From Lama glama (taxonomy: Eukaryota), in the NCBI GenBank assembly GCA_028534125.1, contig CM052839.1, positions 6,324,001-6,388,000 of the forward strand: DNA of 64,000 bases. The letters are read 5' to 3'. Of this stretch, positions 62,601 to 64,000 are shown piece by piece. The position numbers and the translations under genes were made by a program. The notes under the pieces are model-generated. The model had not been told where the DNA came from. It searched no databases and saw nothing but the letters and a program-made list of their open reading frames with translations. Positions within the stretch are counted from its first letter, which is position 1. Every line of letters starts with the position of its first letter.

Positions 62601-63900
62601 TTTTTCTACTTTGAATTCAACTTCCCTGATATACTTATGTCTCACCTTTTACTGTTAACCTCTCAAAGAGCTTGTTTTAGGTTTGTATAATGTAGACCCC
62701 ATATAGTTGGATAAAGTAAGGTTAGTCTTTTTGGACCCAATCTGAGATGCTTTTAATCATTTGTATTAATGTTGTATGTTTGGTTTTGCTTCTGTAATAC
62801 TGTTCTTTTCATTGCCTATCTTTTTGTTTGGGTTTCTTTTTTATTCCTTAAACTACATGGTTCATTGTCTTTATTTTCTCTCCCTTCTCTCATTTTGGAA
62901 GTTATGGACTATATTTCATTATGTCTAAGGTACCATTGATTTTAAGATGCCTTGTTATTTTGACAACCACTAACATGGTTAACCTCTGTCAAAGAAACTT
63001 GACATACCATTGATTGTAATATGCATGCTGATTTTAGATATACTAAAACATAAAAAAAGTGCATCTTAGAATATGGTAGTATATAGTTCTGTAGCTGTTG
63101 TTATAAAGCTGTAGCTTTAATATATTTTTGTTTATCAAATAGATTTTTCTGTTTGAGGAGTGGTTGTTCAAATGCTTTATTCTCAGGGTTCTTGTATGTT
63201 TCAGAATGTCAATGGCTTTCACAAATGAAGTCATATTTGGACGTTACAGAATTTTTGAGCTATGTTACTGGCCCCTTAATATCCAGTAGACATTATTCCA
63301 TTATTTTCTGGCATCTGGGGTTTCTCTAGAGAAGTCTAGGGCCAGCCTGACTTTTTTTTCCCTTTGTAGGTGACCTACTTCTGCCTGGGTATTGGTAGAA
63401 TTCTTTCTTTATCCTTGAAGTTTAGTAACTTCATCGGGATATATCTCGCTCTTGGTGTGATTCTCTGTTACATTTTCCTGTTACATGGTAAGCCATTCAA
63501 TCTGCGATTCAGGAATATTTTCTTATATATCTTGTAATATGCTTTCATTTTTATTTTTCTTTCCTTAAGGGACATCAGTTTTATTATTGTTCATGTTCAT
63601 TTCCTGTTTTCCGTTATATTATTTTTCTAAATACTTCCTTTGTTCTCTTCTGCAGTGTTCTAGGTTTTCTTGAGATTATCTTTCATTTCATAAATTTGTT
63701 TTCATCAATAATCAGGTCTACTGCATCCTTTATACGATAAGAGTTTTCATTGTGCCAGTGCCTTTAGTAATTCACTCAGTTTATGTCTGTGAGCCACCCA
63801 TCCAACTTGTCTCATTTATTTCCGTCTTTAAAAAAGTCTTTACTTCTTGTGGTAAAAACAGGTAAAAGCACATTGGTTTTGAGAAGATGAGTAAAAATAT
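59700..63900 (-). mobile_element. Highly diverged antisense L1 (L1ME-like) fragments
   Basis: T-rich sequence with strings such as AGAGAAGTCTAGGGCCAGCCTGACTTTTTTTTCCCTTTGTAGGTGACC...CTTTATCCTTGAAGTTTAG (ORF1 antisense). Confidence 0.6.
62125..62262 (-). mobile_element. vic-1-type SINE
   Basis: Family core in reverse with intact A and B boxes; perfect 14-bp TSD TCTCTGTTATTTCT at 62111-62124 and 62267-62280. Confidence 0.92.
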
Positions 63901-64000
63901 CAAAATTTATTCTCTAAGAACCTAAAACAAGTGATTAGTGAAATTGTTTTATCAAGTCATGCTGTTAAATGTGCTTTATTAATGGCATGAAATATGGAAA

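Noticed and set aside
63350-63376. TTTTCCCTTTGTAG|GTGACC recursive-splice-like site
   Set aside because: A standard string of antisense L1 ORF1, and the regenerated donor is weak.
1-64000. CRISPR arrays, operons, rRNA or snoRNA genes
   Set aside because: The sequence is mammalian intronic/intergenic DNA. I found no regularly spaced repeats and no convincing C/D or H/ACA box arrangement with terminal stems.

Overview
Mammalian genomic DNA, almost certainly camelid, because it carries 11 copies of a tRNA-Ala(AGC)-derived vic-1-type SINE. The GC-rich left half holds the 5' part of SPNS2 (sphingosine-1-phosphate exporter, MFS/spinster family) on the minus strand: coding exons 1-3, with the start codon hidden in a 164-N gap, plus its CpG-island promoter. 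About 7 kb away and divergently oriented is the CpG-island promoter and first coding exon of UBE2G1 (E2 ubiquitin-conjugating enzyme, plus strand). It is followed by more than 31 kb of AT-rich intron 1 full of L1, L2, MIR, LTR and DNA-transposon remnants; exon 2 is not in the window. Nearly all entries in the ORF track are spurious. I see no wholly new multi-gene system. The best leads are: (1) SPNS3, which lies between UBE2G1 and SPNS2 in human and mouse, is absent, but an exactly 500-N gap sits at that spot, so this is either gene loss or an assembly artefact; (2) a well-formed 113-nt stop-containing (poison-type) cassette exon candidate in UBE2G1 intron 1, plus weaker candidates including a 3-nt stop-creating microexon; (3) a tandem SINE pair inside one target-site duplication; (4) dense transcription-factor motif clusters in SPNS2 introns; (5) an expanded Pro-Ser-Thr coding repeat in SPNS2 exon 1 that is also a G-quadruplex motif. 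Repeat family names come from recalled consensus sequences, and repeat boundaries are approximate.
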